Of a stretch of 64,000 bases of DNA, positions 8,322-16,881 are shown one piece after another. Source of the DNA: an uncultured Solirubrobacterales bacterium (GTDB lineage: Bacteria; Actinomycetota; Thermoleophilia; Solirubrobacterales; Solirubrobacteraceae); contig CAWILV010000004.1 in the NCBI GenBank assembly GCA_963837135.1, positions 487,026 through 551,025 of the forward strand. The letters are read 5' to 3'. A program made the position numbers and the translations under genes. Under the pieces are notes generated by a model that was not told the DNA's origin, searched no databases, and was given only the letters and a program-made list of their open reading frames with translations. Each line of letters begins with the position of its first letter. The first letter of the stretch is position 1.

Positions 8322-9652
8322 AGCCGCGGCGCCAGCTCCCTCGCGGTCCCTATCTCGTCGTGGGGCTGGCGCGCTCTGGCGTCGCGGCTGCGCTGGCGCT
8401 GAGGGCGAAGGGGGAGCAGGTGTTTGGGTTGGACGCGGGCATGCCCCAGGGGACGGAGGAGCTGGCGGAGGCGGGCGTGCAGCTGTACTTGGATCAGGGC
8501 GGTGTGGCGCTTCTGGAGCGGGTGCGGGTGGTAGTGAAGAGCCCGGGTGTCCCGGCGCAGGCGCCGGTGATCGCCGCCGCCCGCGCTGCGGGCAAGGAGG
8601 TGTTGGGCGAGCTGGAGCTCGGCTGGCGGATGCTCGCGAACGAGTTCGTGGCGGTGACGGGCACGAACGGCAAGACGACGACGGTCGAGCTGATCGGGCA
8701 CATCCATCGCGAGGCGGGCCTTCCAGTTGCCGTCGCGGGGAACGTCGGAGCTGCGGTCAGCGGGCTGGTGGGAAAGGTGGACAGTGCAACGACGGTCGTG
8801 TGCGAGGTCTCCTCGTTCCAGCTTGAGGACACGCTTGCGTTCGCGCCCGAGGCGGCGGTGCTGCTGAACCTCACCCCGGATCACCTGGACCGGCACGGCA
8901 CGTTCGAGCGCTATCGGACGGCGAAGCTCGAGATCTTCGCGCGTCAAGGCAACGAGGACATCGCGGTCGCGCCCCTGAGGCTCGGGTCGGAGATTGGGAT
9001 CCCGCCCATCCCCGGTTGCGCGAGGCGCGTGTGCTTCGGCGAGGGAGCGGGCGCCGCGCTGTCGCTGAGCGCCGGCGAGCTGTGGTGGGAGGAGCGGGCG
9101 CTGCTGCGGGTCGATGAGCTTCGCCTGCCGGGGCGGCACAACGTGGAGAACGCGATGGCGGCCGCGGCTGTGTGCCTGGCGCGCGGGATCGACGCCGAGG
9201 CGGTGCGCGCGGGGCTGCGCTCGTTCGCGGGGGTGAAGCATCGTCTGGAGGTGCTGGCGCTGAGGGGCGGCGTCAGATGGGTGAACGACTCGAAGGCGAC
9301 AAACGTAGCCAGTACCTTGGTCGCGCTGGATGCCTTCGGAGCCGGCACGGTCCACCTGATTCTCGGCGGGCAGGGCAAGGGACAGGACTTCTCGGCGCTG
9401 CGCGCTCCGGTGCAGAGGTGCTGCCGGGCGGTGTATTTGATCGGCGAAGACACTCCTGTAATCGCGACTGTACTGTCGGATGAGGAAGTGCCGGTGTATG
9501 AATGCGGTGACTTGGAGTGGGCCGTCGGTAAGGCGCGCGAGGTTGCCGGTGAGGGAGATGTGGTGCTGCTGTCGCCGGCCTGCGCGAGCTTTGATCAGTT
9601 CGCGGATTTCGAAGCGCGGGGAGAGCGGTTTCGCGACCTCGTTGAGGGATAG
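8318..9652 (+). CDS. murD: UDP-N-acetylmuramoylalanine--D-glutamate ligase
   Basis: N-terminal Rossmann GLARSG, VTGTNGKTTT and NLTPDHLDRH. The GTG start overlaps the mraY stop (GTGA). Confidence 0.93.
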   Translation: MKPRRQLPRGPYLVVGLARSGVAAALALRAKGEQVFGLDAGMPQGTEELAEAGVQLYLDQGGVALLERVRVVVKSPGVPAQAPVIAAARAAGKEVLGELELGWRMLANEFVAVTGTNGKTTTVELIGHIHREAGLPVAVAGNVGAAVSGLVGKVDSATTVVCEVSSFQLEDTLAFAPEAAVLLNLTPDHLDRHGTFERYRTAKLEIFARQGNEDIAVAPLRLGSEIGIPPIPGCARRVCFGEGAGAALSLSAGELWWEERALLRVDELRLPGRHNVENAMAAAAVCLARGIDAEAVRAGLRSFAGVKHRLEVLALRGGVRWVNDSKATNVASTLVALDAFGAGTVHLILGGQGKGQDFSALRAPVQRCCRAVYLIGEDTPVIATVLSDEEVPVYECGDLEWAVGKAREVAGEGDVVLLSPACASFDQFADFEARGERFRDLVEG

Positions 9653-9681
9653 AAGGCTTCGCGGAGGCGACGTCGAAGTGT

Positions 9682-11082
9682 GTGGGGATGGCGTCAGCCG
9701 CCCAGCGCGTATCCCTGAGGGGGACAAAAGCCAAACGTGCCGCTCGCGCCAGCGGTAATGCCGAGACCGCGCAGCGCCGGCAGCCGCTCGAGCACCGGAT
9801 CCTGCTGACCGCGACCATGTGTCTGCTGGCGTTCGGCGCCGTGATGGTCTACAGCGCTTCCTCGGCGACGACGCTGCTGCAGGGTCAGGGCAACGGGACC
9901 GGAGACCTCGTGAAGTACGTGATGTACGGGGCGGTGGGACTGGTGCTGATGCGGCTGTTGGCGCGCGACGGGGTGGCGAAAGTCCAGAGGATCACGGGCC
10001 CCCTGCTCGCGGTGTCGTTTGTGTTGGTGTTGGCTGTGCATATCCCTCACGTCGGTGTGAGCGTGAACGGCGCGCGGCGCTGGATCGGGCCGGGGCCGTT
10101 TCAGTTCCAGCCCTCAGAGCTGATGAAGCTGGCGCTTGTGCTCTACGCCGCGACGCTGCTGGCCAAGCGCCCGCAGCGCGTACACGACCTGCGCGAGCTG
10201 GCCAACCCACTGCTCGTGGTCGTCGGCGGGGCCTGCCTGCTGGTCGTCACGCAGCCAGATCTCGGCACGGCGATGGTGATCGCGTTCACGATCTGTGCGC
10301 TGCTGATCGCGGCGGGGATCCCGATGCGCAATCTGGCGATCATCGCCGGCGTGACGCTCGGGTTGGTGTTTCTATACGCGCTCGCGAGGCCGTACGAGCG
10401 CGCGCGGCTGACCTCGTTCATCGACCCCTGGGCGCACGCCTCGGGCAGCGGCTTTCAGGCGGTGCAAGGGCAGATCGCGATCGGCTCGGGTGGGCTGTTC
10501 GGGGCCGGGCCGGGGCAGTCGGTGCAGAAGGTCTTCTATCTGCCCGAGGCCCCCACCGACTTCATCCTCGCGGTGATCGGCGAGGAGCTCGGCGTCGTCG
10601 GGGTGTTCGGGCTGCTGTCGCTCTATGGGTTGATCGCCTATGCGGGTCTGCGCGCGGCGAAGGGGGCGCGCAGCCTGTACTCAGCCCTGATCGCTGTGGG
10701 CGTGACCTCATTGATCGTCTCGCAGGCGATCCTGAACGTGTTCGCCGTGCTTGGGCTGGCGCCGCTGACTGGCGTGCCGCTGCCGTTCGTCTCCTACGGG
10801 TCGAGCAGCCTGATCGTGATGCTCGCGGCGATGGGCCTGCTGATGAACGTTGCCGCCGGCGGGACCGCGCACGTGCGGGCGGTGGCGCCGGCGCGCAAAC
10901 GGAGTGCAACCCGGGCGCGTTCAAATGGGGGGCGCCCGTCCGCCGAAGGTTCAGCCGACGCCAAGGGCCGCGAACCGGCACGATGGGACCGTGAGCAGAG
11001 AGACGAAGATCGTGATCGCCGCAGGGGGGACCGCCGGGCACGTGGTGCCGGCGCTGGCGGTGGCCGGCGCGCTGCGGGCTGA
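9682..11082 (+). CDS. ftsW: FtsW/RodA/SpoVE (SEDS) family cell division protein with an Arg-rich C-terminal tail
   Basis: Ten-TM-type SEDS sequence (PSELMKLALVLY, QPDLGTA, LPFVSYGSS). Position in the dcw cluster between murD and murG. Start GTG 9682 or ATG 9688. The tail overlaps murG by 92 nt. Confidence 0.88.
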   Translation: MGMASAAQRVSLRGTKAKRAARASGNAETAQRRQPLEHRILLTATMCLLAFGAVMVYSASSATTLLQGQGNGTGDLVKYVMYGAVGLVLMRLLARDGVAKVQRITGPLLAVSFVLVLAVHIPHVGVSVNGARRWIGPGPFQFQPSELMKLALVLYAATLLAKRPQRVHDLRELANPLLVVVGGACLLVVTQPDLGTAMVIAFTICALLIAAGIPMRNLAIIAGVTLGLVFLYALARPYERARLTSFIDPWAHASGSGFQAVQGQIAIGSGGLFGAGPGQSVQKVFYLPEAPTDFILAVIGEELGVVGVFGLLSLYGLIAYAGLRAAKGARSLYSALIAVGVTSLIVSQAILNVFAVLGLAPLTGVPLPFVSYGSSSLIVMLAAMGLLMNVAAGGTAHVRAVAPARKRSATRARSNGGRPSAEGSADAKGREPARWDREQRDEDRDRRRGDRRARGAGAGGGRRAAG

Positions 11083-12064
11083 GGGCGCGGAGGTCTCCTT
11101 CATCGGCGGCGAGCGCGCCGAGGCCGAGCTGGTGCCTGCCGAGGGGTACGAGTTGAGGCAGATCGTGGTCGAAGGGATGAGCAGGACCAACCCGCTGCGT
11201 GGCGCCCGCGCGCTGGGGCGCGCGGGGGTCGCGTTCCTGCGCGCGCGTTCGGTGCTGAAGGAGCTGAAGCCGGACGCGGTCATGGGCGGTGGCGGCTATG
11301 TCGCCGGACCGGTGGGTTTGGCAGCGGTGACGCTGCGAATTCCGCTAGTGCTGACTGAGGCCGATAGCCACCTGGGGCTGACGAATCGTGTGCTCGCGCG
11401 GGCGGCGCGGCGAGTATGCCTGGCGTTTCCGCTGGCCGGGCGGGAGGGGCCTCGCTACCGGGTGACGGGCAGGCCAAGTCCCCCGCCCCAGAATGATCGT
11501 GCTGGCGCTCGGGAGCGACTCGGGTTGGCCGCGGGACGGGATTGCGTGCTCGTATTCGGTGGCTCGCTGGGGGCGCGTTCGATCAACCAGGCCGCGGTCG
11601 AGGCGTTCGCTGGCGAAGCGTCCGCGGTGTTCGATGTGCTGCACGTCGCCGGCCGTCGCGACTACCCCGAGCTGTCCGCACGTGATCTGCCCTCGGGATA
11701 CGACCTGCGGGAGTACCTCGACCTAGATGAGTTCGGCGACGCGTTGGCGGCTGCCGATCTGGTCGTGGCGCGCGCGGGGGGGTCGGTGTTCGAGATCGCC
11801 GCGAGCGCCACGCCGGCGATCCTCGTCCCCTACCCACACGCCTCGGCCGATCACCAGACGGCGAACGCGCGCTGGATGGAGAGCGCGGGCGCGGCGGTTG
11901 TGATCGCCGATGGCGAGTTGGACGGGGGGCGTCTGGCGAGGGAGGTGGCGGCGCTGTTCGCGGACAGGGAGCGTTTGGCGGCGATGTCCTGCGCATCGAA
12001 AGGGTTGGCCCGGTCGGATGCCGCCAGGGATATAGCCGACGAGTTGTTGAAAGCCGCCGTATGA
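10991..12064 (+). CDS. murG: undecaprenyldiphospho-muramoylpentapeptide beta-N-acetylglucosaminyltransferase
   Basis: The N-terminus KIVIAAGGTAGHVVPALAV is the MurG G-loop. Start chosen at GTG 10991 inside track ORF 10850..12064; ATG 10925 is the alternative. Confidence 0.9.
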   Translation: MSRETKIVIAAGGTAGHVVPALAVAGALRAEGAEVSFIGGERAEAELVPAEGYELRQIVVEGMSRTNPLRGARALGRAGVAFLRARSVLKELKPDAVMGGGGYVAGPVGLAAVTLRIPLVLTEADSHLGLTNRVLARAARRVCLAFPLAGREGPRYRVTGRPSPPPQNDRAGARERLGLAAGRDCVLVFGGSLGARSINQAAVEAFAGEASAVFDVLHVAGRRDYPELSARDLPSGYDLREYLDLDEFGDALAAADLVVARAGGSVFEIAASATPAILVPYPHASADHQTANARWMESAGAAVVIADGELDGGRLAREVAALFADRERLAAMSCASKGLARSDAARDIADELLKAAV

Positions 12065-13467
12065 ACACGTCAAGCGGACCGTGGAGCAGACGGCGCTTGC
12101 ACTTCGTCGGCGTGGGTGGCGCCGGGATGAGCGGCTACGCGCGTGCGGCGAAGGCGTTGGGGGCCGAGGTGACGGGCTCAGACGGGGCGCTATCCCCCTA
12201 CGCGGAAAGGTTGCGCGCGGATGGTGTGTTGGAGGTGAAGGTCGGCCACGCCGCTGAGAACGTGCCGGAGGGGGAGGGCGTCGAGGTCATTTATTCGAGT
12301 GCGGTGCCTGCCGAGAACTCCGAGCGTAAGGCCGCCCGTGCGCGGAGGCTGAAGGAGCGCCCGCGCGCGGAGCTGCTCGGTGAGTTCACCGAGATGAAGC
12401 GCACGATTGCGGTGGCGGGCACGCACGGGAAGACGACCACTGCGTCGATGATCGTGCATGCGCTGCGTTCAGCCGGTTTGCGGCCGGGATGGCTCGTGGG
12501 CGCCCCGGTCGGCGGCGGTCTGCCGAACGCGGAGTGGGGGGAGGGCGAGTGGCTGGTGGTCGAGGCCGACGAGTCCGACCGCTCGATGTTGAGCTTGAGG
12601 GTCGAGGTGGGGGTGCTGACGAACGTCGAGCTCGATCACCACGCGAGCTTCGGCTCGCTGGCGGAGCTGGAGGAGGCGTTTCGCGCGTTCCTGAGCATTG
12701 CCGAAAAAGCTGTCGTGGTGTGGGATCGGTCCGAGCTGGTCGCGCTGACCGGCGAGGATGTCGCCGGCGTGGAGGTCATTCCTTACGACGTGTCCGATCC
12801 AACGCTCGAGTCAGGAGGCTCCCGTTTCCAGTGGCGTGGGCACGAGGTCGAGCTGAAGGTGCCTGGTGTGCACAACGCGCTGAACGCGACGGCTGCGCTG
12901 GAGGCCGCACAGCTGGCTGGCGCCGACGCGAACCGCGCGATCGAGGGCCTATCCGGCTTTGCGGGCGCCGGGCGGCGCTTCCAGCGGCTGGGCGAGACCG
13001 CTGGCGGAGCAGTGGTGTACGACGACTACGCTCACCACCCGACGGAGGTTGCGGCGACGCTGAGGGCGGCGCGCACGTTGGGGTACGGACGGCTGGTGGC
13101 GGTGTTCCAGCCGCACCTCTATTCGCGCACGGCGCTGCTCGCACGCGAGTTCGGCGTAGCTCTCGCGCTCGCTGACGTTATGGCTGTGCTCGATGTCTAT
13201 CCCGCCCGCGAGCGCGCGCAGGACCATCCGGGGGTGAGCGGATTGCTGATCGCCGAGGCTGCGGCGGACGCGGCCGGTGGAAGACCGGTGTACTGGCTGC
13301 CGCGCTTCGCGGAGGCCGAGGCGGTCTTGAGCGGCGTGCTCGGCGAGGGCGATATATGTTTGGTGATGGGCGCCGGGGATGTCGACGCGCTCGGCCGAGA
13401 TCTGGTGAGGACGCGCTCCGACGGGAGCTCGCATCTGCCTGCGGCAGCGATTGAAGGGAACCGATGA
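12061..13467 (+). CDS. murC: UDP-N-acetylmuramate--L-alanine ligase
   Basis: FVGVGGAGMSGYA and VAGTHGKTTTASM motifs. ATGA overlap with the murG stop. Confidence 0.93.
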   Translation: MNTSSGPWSRRRLHFVGVGGAGMSGYARAAKALGAEVTGSDGALSPYAERLRADGVLEVKVGHAAENVPEGEGVEVIYSSAVPAENSERKAARARRLKERPRAELLGEFTEMKRTIAVAGTHGKTTTASMIVHALRSAGLRPGWLVGAPVGGGLPNAEWGEGEWLVVEADESDRSMLSLRVEVGVLTNVELDHHASFGSLAELEEAFRAFLSIAEKAVVVWDRSELVALTGEDVAGVEVIPYDVSDPTLESGGSRFQWRGHEVELKVPGVHNALNATAALEAAQLAGADANRAIEGLSGFAGAGRRFQRLGETAGGAVVYDDYAHHPTEVAATLRAARTLGYGRLVAVFQPHLYSRTALLAREFGVALALADVMAVLDVYPARERAQDHPGVSGLLIAEAAADAAGGRPVYWLPRFAEAEAVLSGVLGEGDICLVMGAGDVDALGRDLVRTRSDGSSHLPAAAIEGNR

Positions 13468-14384
13468 CGTCCAGGAGCTCGCCAACGACCATCCCCTCGA
13501 TCGTGCAGCGCGACTTTCTGCTCGACCGCATGTCAACCGTACGGACGGGCGGCGAGGCCGAGTACTTCGCCCGCGCCGGCTCGGGCGCGCAGCTGAAGGA
13601 GCTGCTCGCATGGGCCGCGCAGATCGATGCGCCGGTCCACGCCGTCGGGTCCGGCTCGAACCTGCTGATCGCCGACGAGGGCGTGGGCGGACTGGTCGTG
13701 AAGCTCGACCGCAAGCTCGCGCTGATCAAGCACGAGGGCGAGCGGATCGTCTGCGGCGGCGGCGCGCGGCTGCCGTCGGTCGCGGCGCGTGCGGCGCAGG
13801 CGGGGCTGTCGGGGATCGAGTTCGGCGTGAACATCCCCGGCACCGTCGGCGGCGCGGTGCGGATGAACGCGAACGCCTACGGCGGCGAGCTCGCGAAGGC
13901 GCTCGAGTGGGTCGAGGTCGTGACCACCGAAGGTTCCGAGCGCCGCGGGCCGGCCGAGCTGGGGTTCGGCTACCGCCGCTCGAGCCTGCGGGCGGGCGAG
14001 ATTGTTGCGCGGGCCTCGTTCCTACTCACGCCGGCGCGGACCGCCGCCGTGAAGGCCACGCTCGCGGAGATGCGCGAACGCCGCCACGCCGCCCAGCCGC
14101 AGGGGATCAAGACGTTCGGTTCGACCTTCAAGAACCCCGACGATGCTCGCGCCGAGGGCCGCTCCGCCGGCCTGCTGCTCGCCGAGGCCGGCTGCAACGG
14201 CCTGACGGTCGGCGGCGCGCGCTTCGCCGAGAAGCACGCGAACTTCATCGAGAACACCGGCACGGCCACGACTGCCGACGTGATCGCGGTGATGGCCGAG
14301 GGCCGCCGCTGCGTCAAGGAGCGCTTCGGCGTGGAACTCGAGCCCGAGGTGCAGACGCTCGGCGACGTGCGCTTTCCCTGGTAG
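13464..14384 (+). CDS. murB: UDP-N-acetylenolpyruvoylglucosamine reductase
   Basis: FAD-binding MurB-type sequence (TVRTGGEAEYF, GSGSNLL, FKNP). ATGA overlap with the murC stop. Confidence 0.9.
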   Translation: MTSRSSPTTIPSIVQRDFLLDRMSTVRTGGEAEYFARAGSGAQLKELLAWAAQIDAPVHAVGSGSNLLIADEGVGGLVVKLDRKLALIKHEGERIVCGGGARLPSVAARAAQAGLSGIEFGVNIPGTVGGAVRMNANAYGGELAKALEWVEVVTTEGSERRGPAELGFGYRRSSLRAGEIVARASFLLTPARTAAVKATLAEMRERRHAAQPQGIKTFGSTFKNPDDARAEGRSAGLLLAEAGCNGLTVGGARFAEKHANFIENTGTATTADVIAVMAEGRRCVKERFGVELEPEVQTLGDVRFPW

Positions 14385-14416
14385 GGGTTTGCGTCCCGGG
14401 GTCGAAGACCCTGGGA

Positions 14417-15511
14417 ATGGAACGTTCCATCGCCGCTCGCTCTCCGATCGCCTCATTGGACATCCTGTGGCGCCCATTCGAAGCAGCGGCAGGCCTGGCG
14501 CGAGGCTCGTTTCAGGCGATCGCGCGCCACCGCCGCCTGCGCATCGCGCTGCTGACGGCTCTCGTCGCGCTCCCACCGCTCGCCGGCGGCTGGATGCTGT
14601 TGCGGAAGTCCTCGTTCACGGCGGTGGAGCACGTAAAGGTGAGCGGCCTGCACGGGCCGCAGGCGCAGGCGATCGAAGCGGCCCTGAACGGCGCCGCGAG
14701 CCACATGAGCACGCTCGACGTGCACCCCGCCGCGCTGCGCGCGGCCGTCGCGTCGTTTCCCGTCGTGCGCACGGTCCGCGCGATCCCGGGCTTTCCGCAC
14801 GGCTTGAAGATCGAGGTCACAGAGCAGTTGCCGGTGGCGGCGCTCACGATCGGAGGGGAGCGCACTGCAGTGGCGGCCGACGGCGTCGTGCTCGGCCCAG
14901 CGCTGCTGTCGAGCTCGCTGCCGGCGCTCGGCGATTCCCAGGGCGCGGGGCAGCTCCAACCGGGGCAGCGCGTTCAGGGTCAGAGCCTGCTCGCCGAGCT
15001 GACCGTGCTGGGCACGGTTCCCCGACCGCTCGAGCGGTTCGTGACGCGTGTGTTCACCTCCCCCGGGGGGCAGGGCCTGACGGTGGTGATGCGCAACGGC
15101 CTACTCGTCTACTTCGGCGATGCCGTGCGGCCTCATGCGAAGTGGTTGTCGCTCGCGCGGGTGCTGGCCGACTCGACCTCGGCAGGCGCCGTCTACATCG
15201 ACGTGCGCGTGCCCGAACGTCCCGCCGCGGGCTTCTCCTCCGCCGGCGCTCCGTCCGCTTCGACGGCATCGGCGGGTCAACAAGCAACCACGCCGGAATC
15301 GACTGTCGCGGCGCTGGCGGCGGGTTTGACCGACGACACGAACGGTGAACCGGCAGCGTCCTCGGCGGCGACGTCTGCAACTGGATCGACCACGACGACG
15401 GAAGCCGCATCGACTGCGCCTGAAACATCGGAATCGAGCACCGGCACGACGGATACGACAGCGACCAGCGAACCGGAAACCCCGGCGGCGAGTGCGACGC
15501 CGGGTGGCTGA
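14417..15511 (+). CDS. ftsQ: cell division protein FtsQ/DivIB (POTRA domain) with a roughly 90-aa Ser/Thr/Ala/Glu-rich C-terminal tail
   Basis: First canonical start after the murB stop, within track ORF 13451..15511. N-terminal TM segment, then a POTRA-like VEHVKVSG... region. Position between murB and ftsZ. Confidence 0.8.
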   Translation: MERSIAARSPIASLDILWRPFEAAAGLARGSFQAIARHRRLRIALLTALVALPPLAGGWMLLRKSSFTAVEHVKVSGLHGPQAQAIEAALNGAASHMSTLDVHPAALRAAVASFPVVRTVRAIPGFPHGLKIEVTEQLPVAALTIGGERTAVAADGVVLGPALLSSSLPALGDSQGAGQLQPGQRVQGQSLLAELTVLGTVPRPLERFVTRVFTSPGGQGLTVVMRNGLLVYFGDAVRPHAKWLSLARVLADSTSAGAVYIDVRVPERPAAGFSSAGAPSASTASAGQQATTPESTVAALAAGLTDDTNGEPAASSAATSATGSTTTTEAASTAPETSESSTGTTDTTATSEPETPAASATPGG

Positions 15512-15665
15512 GGTCGGGTGGCTGAGGACAACGGCAGGGGCGTGACAGGCATTCCTAACAATTCTAAACCTCAACTTAAGGTTGAGCCTAAAAAAATGAC
15601 AATCCTCGGGTAGTGGTCGAGAGTTCGGCGATCTGCAATGAATCTTGCGAGATTGGTCCCCGGCG

Positions 15666-15694
15666 TTGACAGGGCGAAGATCCCTGCATAACGT
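15666..15694 (+). promoter_or_regulatory. candidate sigma-70-type promoter for ftsZ: TTGACA-17 nt-TAACGT
   Basis: The -35 TTGACA is at 15666-15671 and the -10 TAACGT at 15689-15694, inside the unusually AT-richer 254-nt ftsQ-ftsZ spacer. GGAGG at 15747-15751 precedes the ftsZ ATG. Confidence 0.35.
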
Positions 15695-15765
15695 CCCGAT
15701 CTGGGCGTTCCAGATGAGGTAGTCTGGAGAACCCTTAACAACTACTGGAGGCTTCGGACAGAGTC

Positions 15766-16845
15766 ATGGAGAGCGGCGGCGGTAGCTACTTGGCGGTCAT
15801 CAAGGTCGTGGGCGTCGGCGGCGGCGGCACGAACGCGGTCAGCCGCATGGTTGACGCGGGATTGCGCGGCGTGGAGTTCATCGCCGCGAATACAGACGCA
15901 CAGGCGCTCGCGATGTGCGACGCCGACGTGAAGCTGAACGTCGGCCACACATCGACGAAGGGCCTCGGCGCCGGTGCCAACCCCGACGTTGGCCTGGCGG
16001 CGGCGTCGGAGTCGCGCGACGACATCAAGGAGGCGCTGAAGGGTGCAGACATGGTGTTCGTGACCGCTGGCGAGGGCGGCGGCACGGGGACCGGCGCTGC
16101 GCCTGTGATCGCGGAGATCGCGAAGAACGAGATCGGCGCGCTGACCGTCGGCGTGGTGACGCGCCCGTTCGACTTCGAGGGCTCCCAGCGCAGCCGCCAG
16201 GCGAGTGAGGGAATCGAGCGGTTGCGCGAGGTCGTCGACACGCTGATCGTGATCCCGAACGAGAAGCTCCTGGCGGTCGTCGAGCGCCGCACATCGATGC
16301 TCGACGCATTCAAAGAGGCCGACGACGTACTGCGTCAGGGCATCCAGGGGATCACCGACTTGATCACGATCCCCGGCCTGATCAACCTCGACTTCGCCGA
16401 CGTGCGCACGATCATGCACGACGCCGGCTCGGCCTTGATGGGGATCGGCACGGCGGGCGGCGAGAGCCGCTGCGCCGACGCCGCGAAGGCCGCGATCTCC
16501 TCGCCGCTCTTGGAAGAGTCCGTCGACGGCGCCACCGGCATCCTGCTGAACATCACCGGCGGCAAAGACCTCGGCCTGTTCGAGGTCAACGACGCCGCGG
16601 AGATCATCCGGAACGCGGCCGACCCGAACGCGAACATCATCTTCGGCGCCGTGATCGACGAGGCGATGGGCGACGAGGTCAGGGTGACCGTGATTGGCAC
16701 GGGCTTCGACCACCGTCCGGGCCGCGGCGCACGCCGCGAGAGCCGCGCCGGACGTCCGGACCGCAATCCCCGGATTGACGATCGTCAGCGTTCAACGCTT
16801 GAGATCTCCGACGATGACATCGACGTGCCGCCGTTCCTACGGTAG
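15766..16845 (+). CDS. ftsZ: cell division protein FtsZ
   Basis: Tubulin signature [11 protein letters not shown], the N-terminal [12 protein letters not shown], and the conserved C-terminal peptide [10 protein letters not shown]. Confidence 0.97.
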   Translation: MESGGGSYLAVIKVVGVGGGGTNAVSRMVDAGLRGVEFIAANTDAQALAMCDADVKLNVGHTSTKGLGAGANPDVGLAAASESRDDIKEALKGADMVFVTAGEGGGTGTGAAPVIAEIAKNEIGALTVGVVTRPFDFEGSQRSRQASEGIERLREVVDTLIVIPNEKLLAVVERRTSMLDAFKEADDVLRQGIQGITDLITIPGLINLDFADVRTIMHDAGSALMGIGTAGGESRCADAAKAAISSPLLEESVDGATGILLNITGGKDLGLFEVNDAAEIIRNAADPNANIIFGAVIDEAMGDEVRVTVIGTGFDHRPGRGARRESRAGRPDRNPRIDDRQRSTLEISDDDIDVPPFLR

Positions 16846-16861
16846 TCCTTCGATAGCCTGG

Positions 16862-16881
16862 GGCCGGTGTCGACACCGGCC
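16862..16881. promoter_or_regulatory. perfect 20-bp palindrome GGCCGGTGTCGACACCGGCC spanning the gcvT start codon
   Basis: Read directly; the reverse complement is identical. It fills most of the 21-nt ftsZ-gcvT spacer. The GTG at 16867-16869 lies in the left arm. Confidence 0.9.

Noticed and set aside
8297-9727. Very long antisense or alternative-frame ORFs in the track. Examples: 476 aa opposite murD, 323 aa opposite ftsZ (15742-16713), 483 aa opposite ribBA (50701-52152), 537 aa opposite ribD (49015-50628) and 357 aa opposite recG (55637-56710).
   Set aside because: Their translations are Arg/Pro/Ala/Gly-rich low-complexity strings with no family motifs. They lie opposite genes with unambiguous motifs. 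Long spurious open frames are expected in very GC-rich DNA because stop codons are AT-rich.
15570-15586. The hairpin CTCAAC-TTAAG-GTTGAG after ftsQ as an intrinsic terminator.
   Set aside because: The stem is only 6 bp and AT-containing. An A-run (CCTAAAAAAA) follows it on the + strand rather than a T-run. On the minus strand the T-run precedes the stem. It may still be a protein-binding site in the ftsZ control region.
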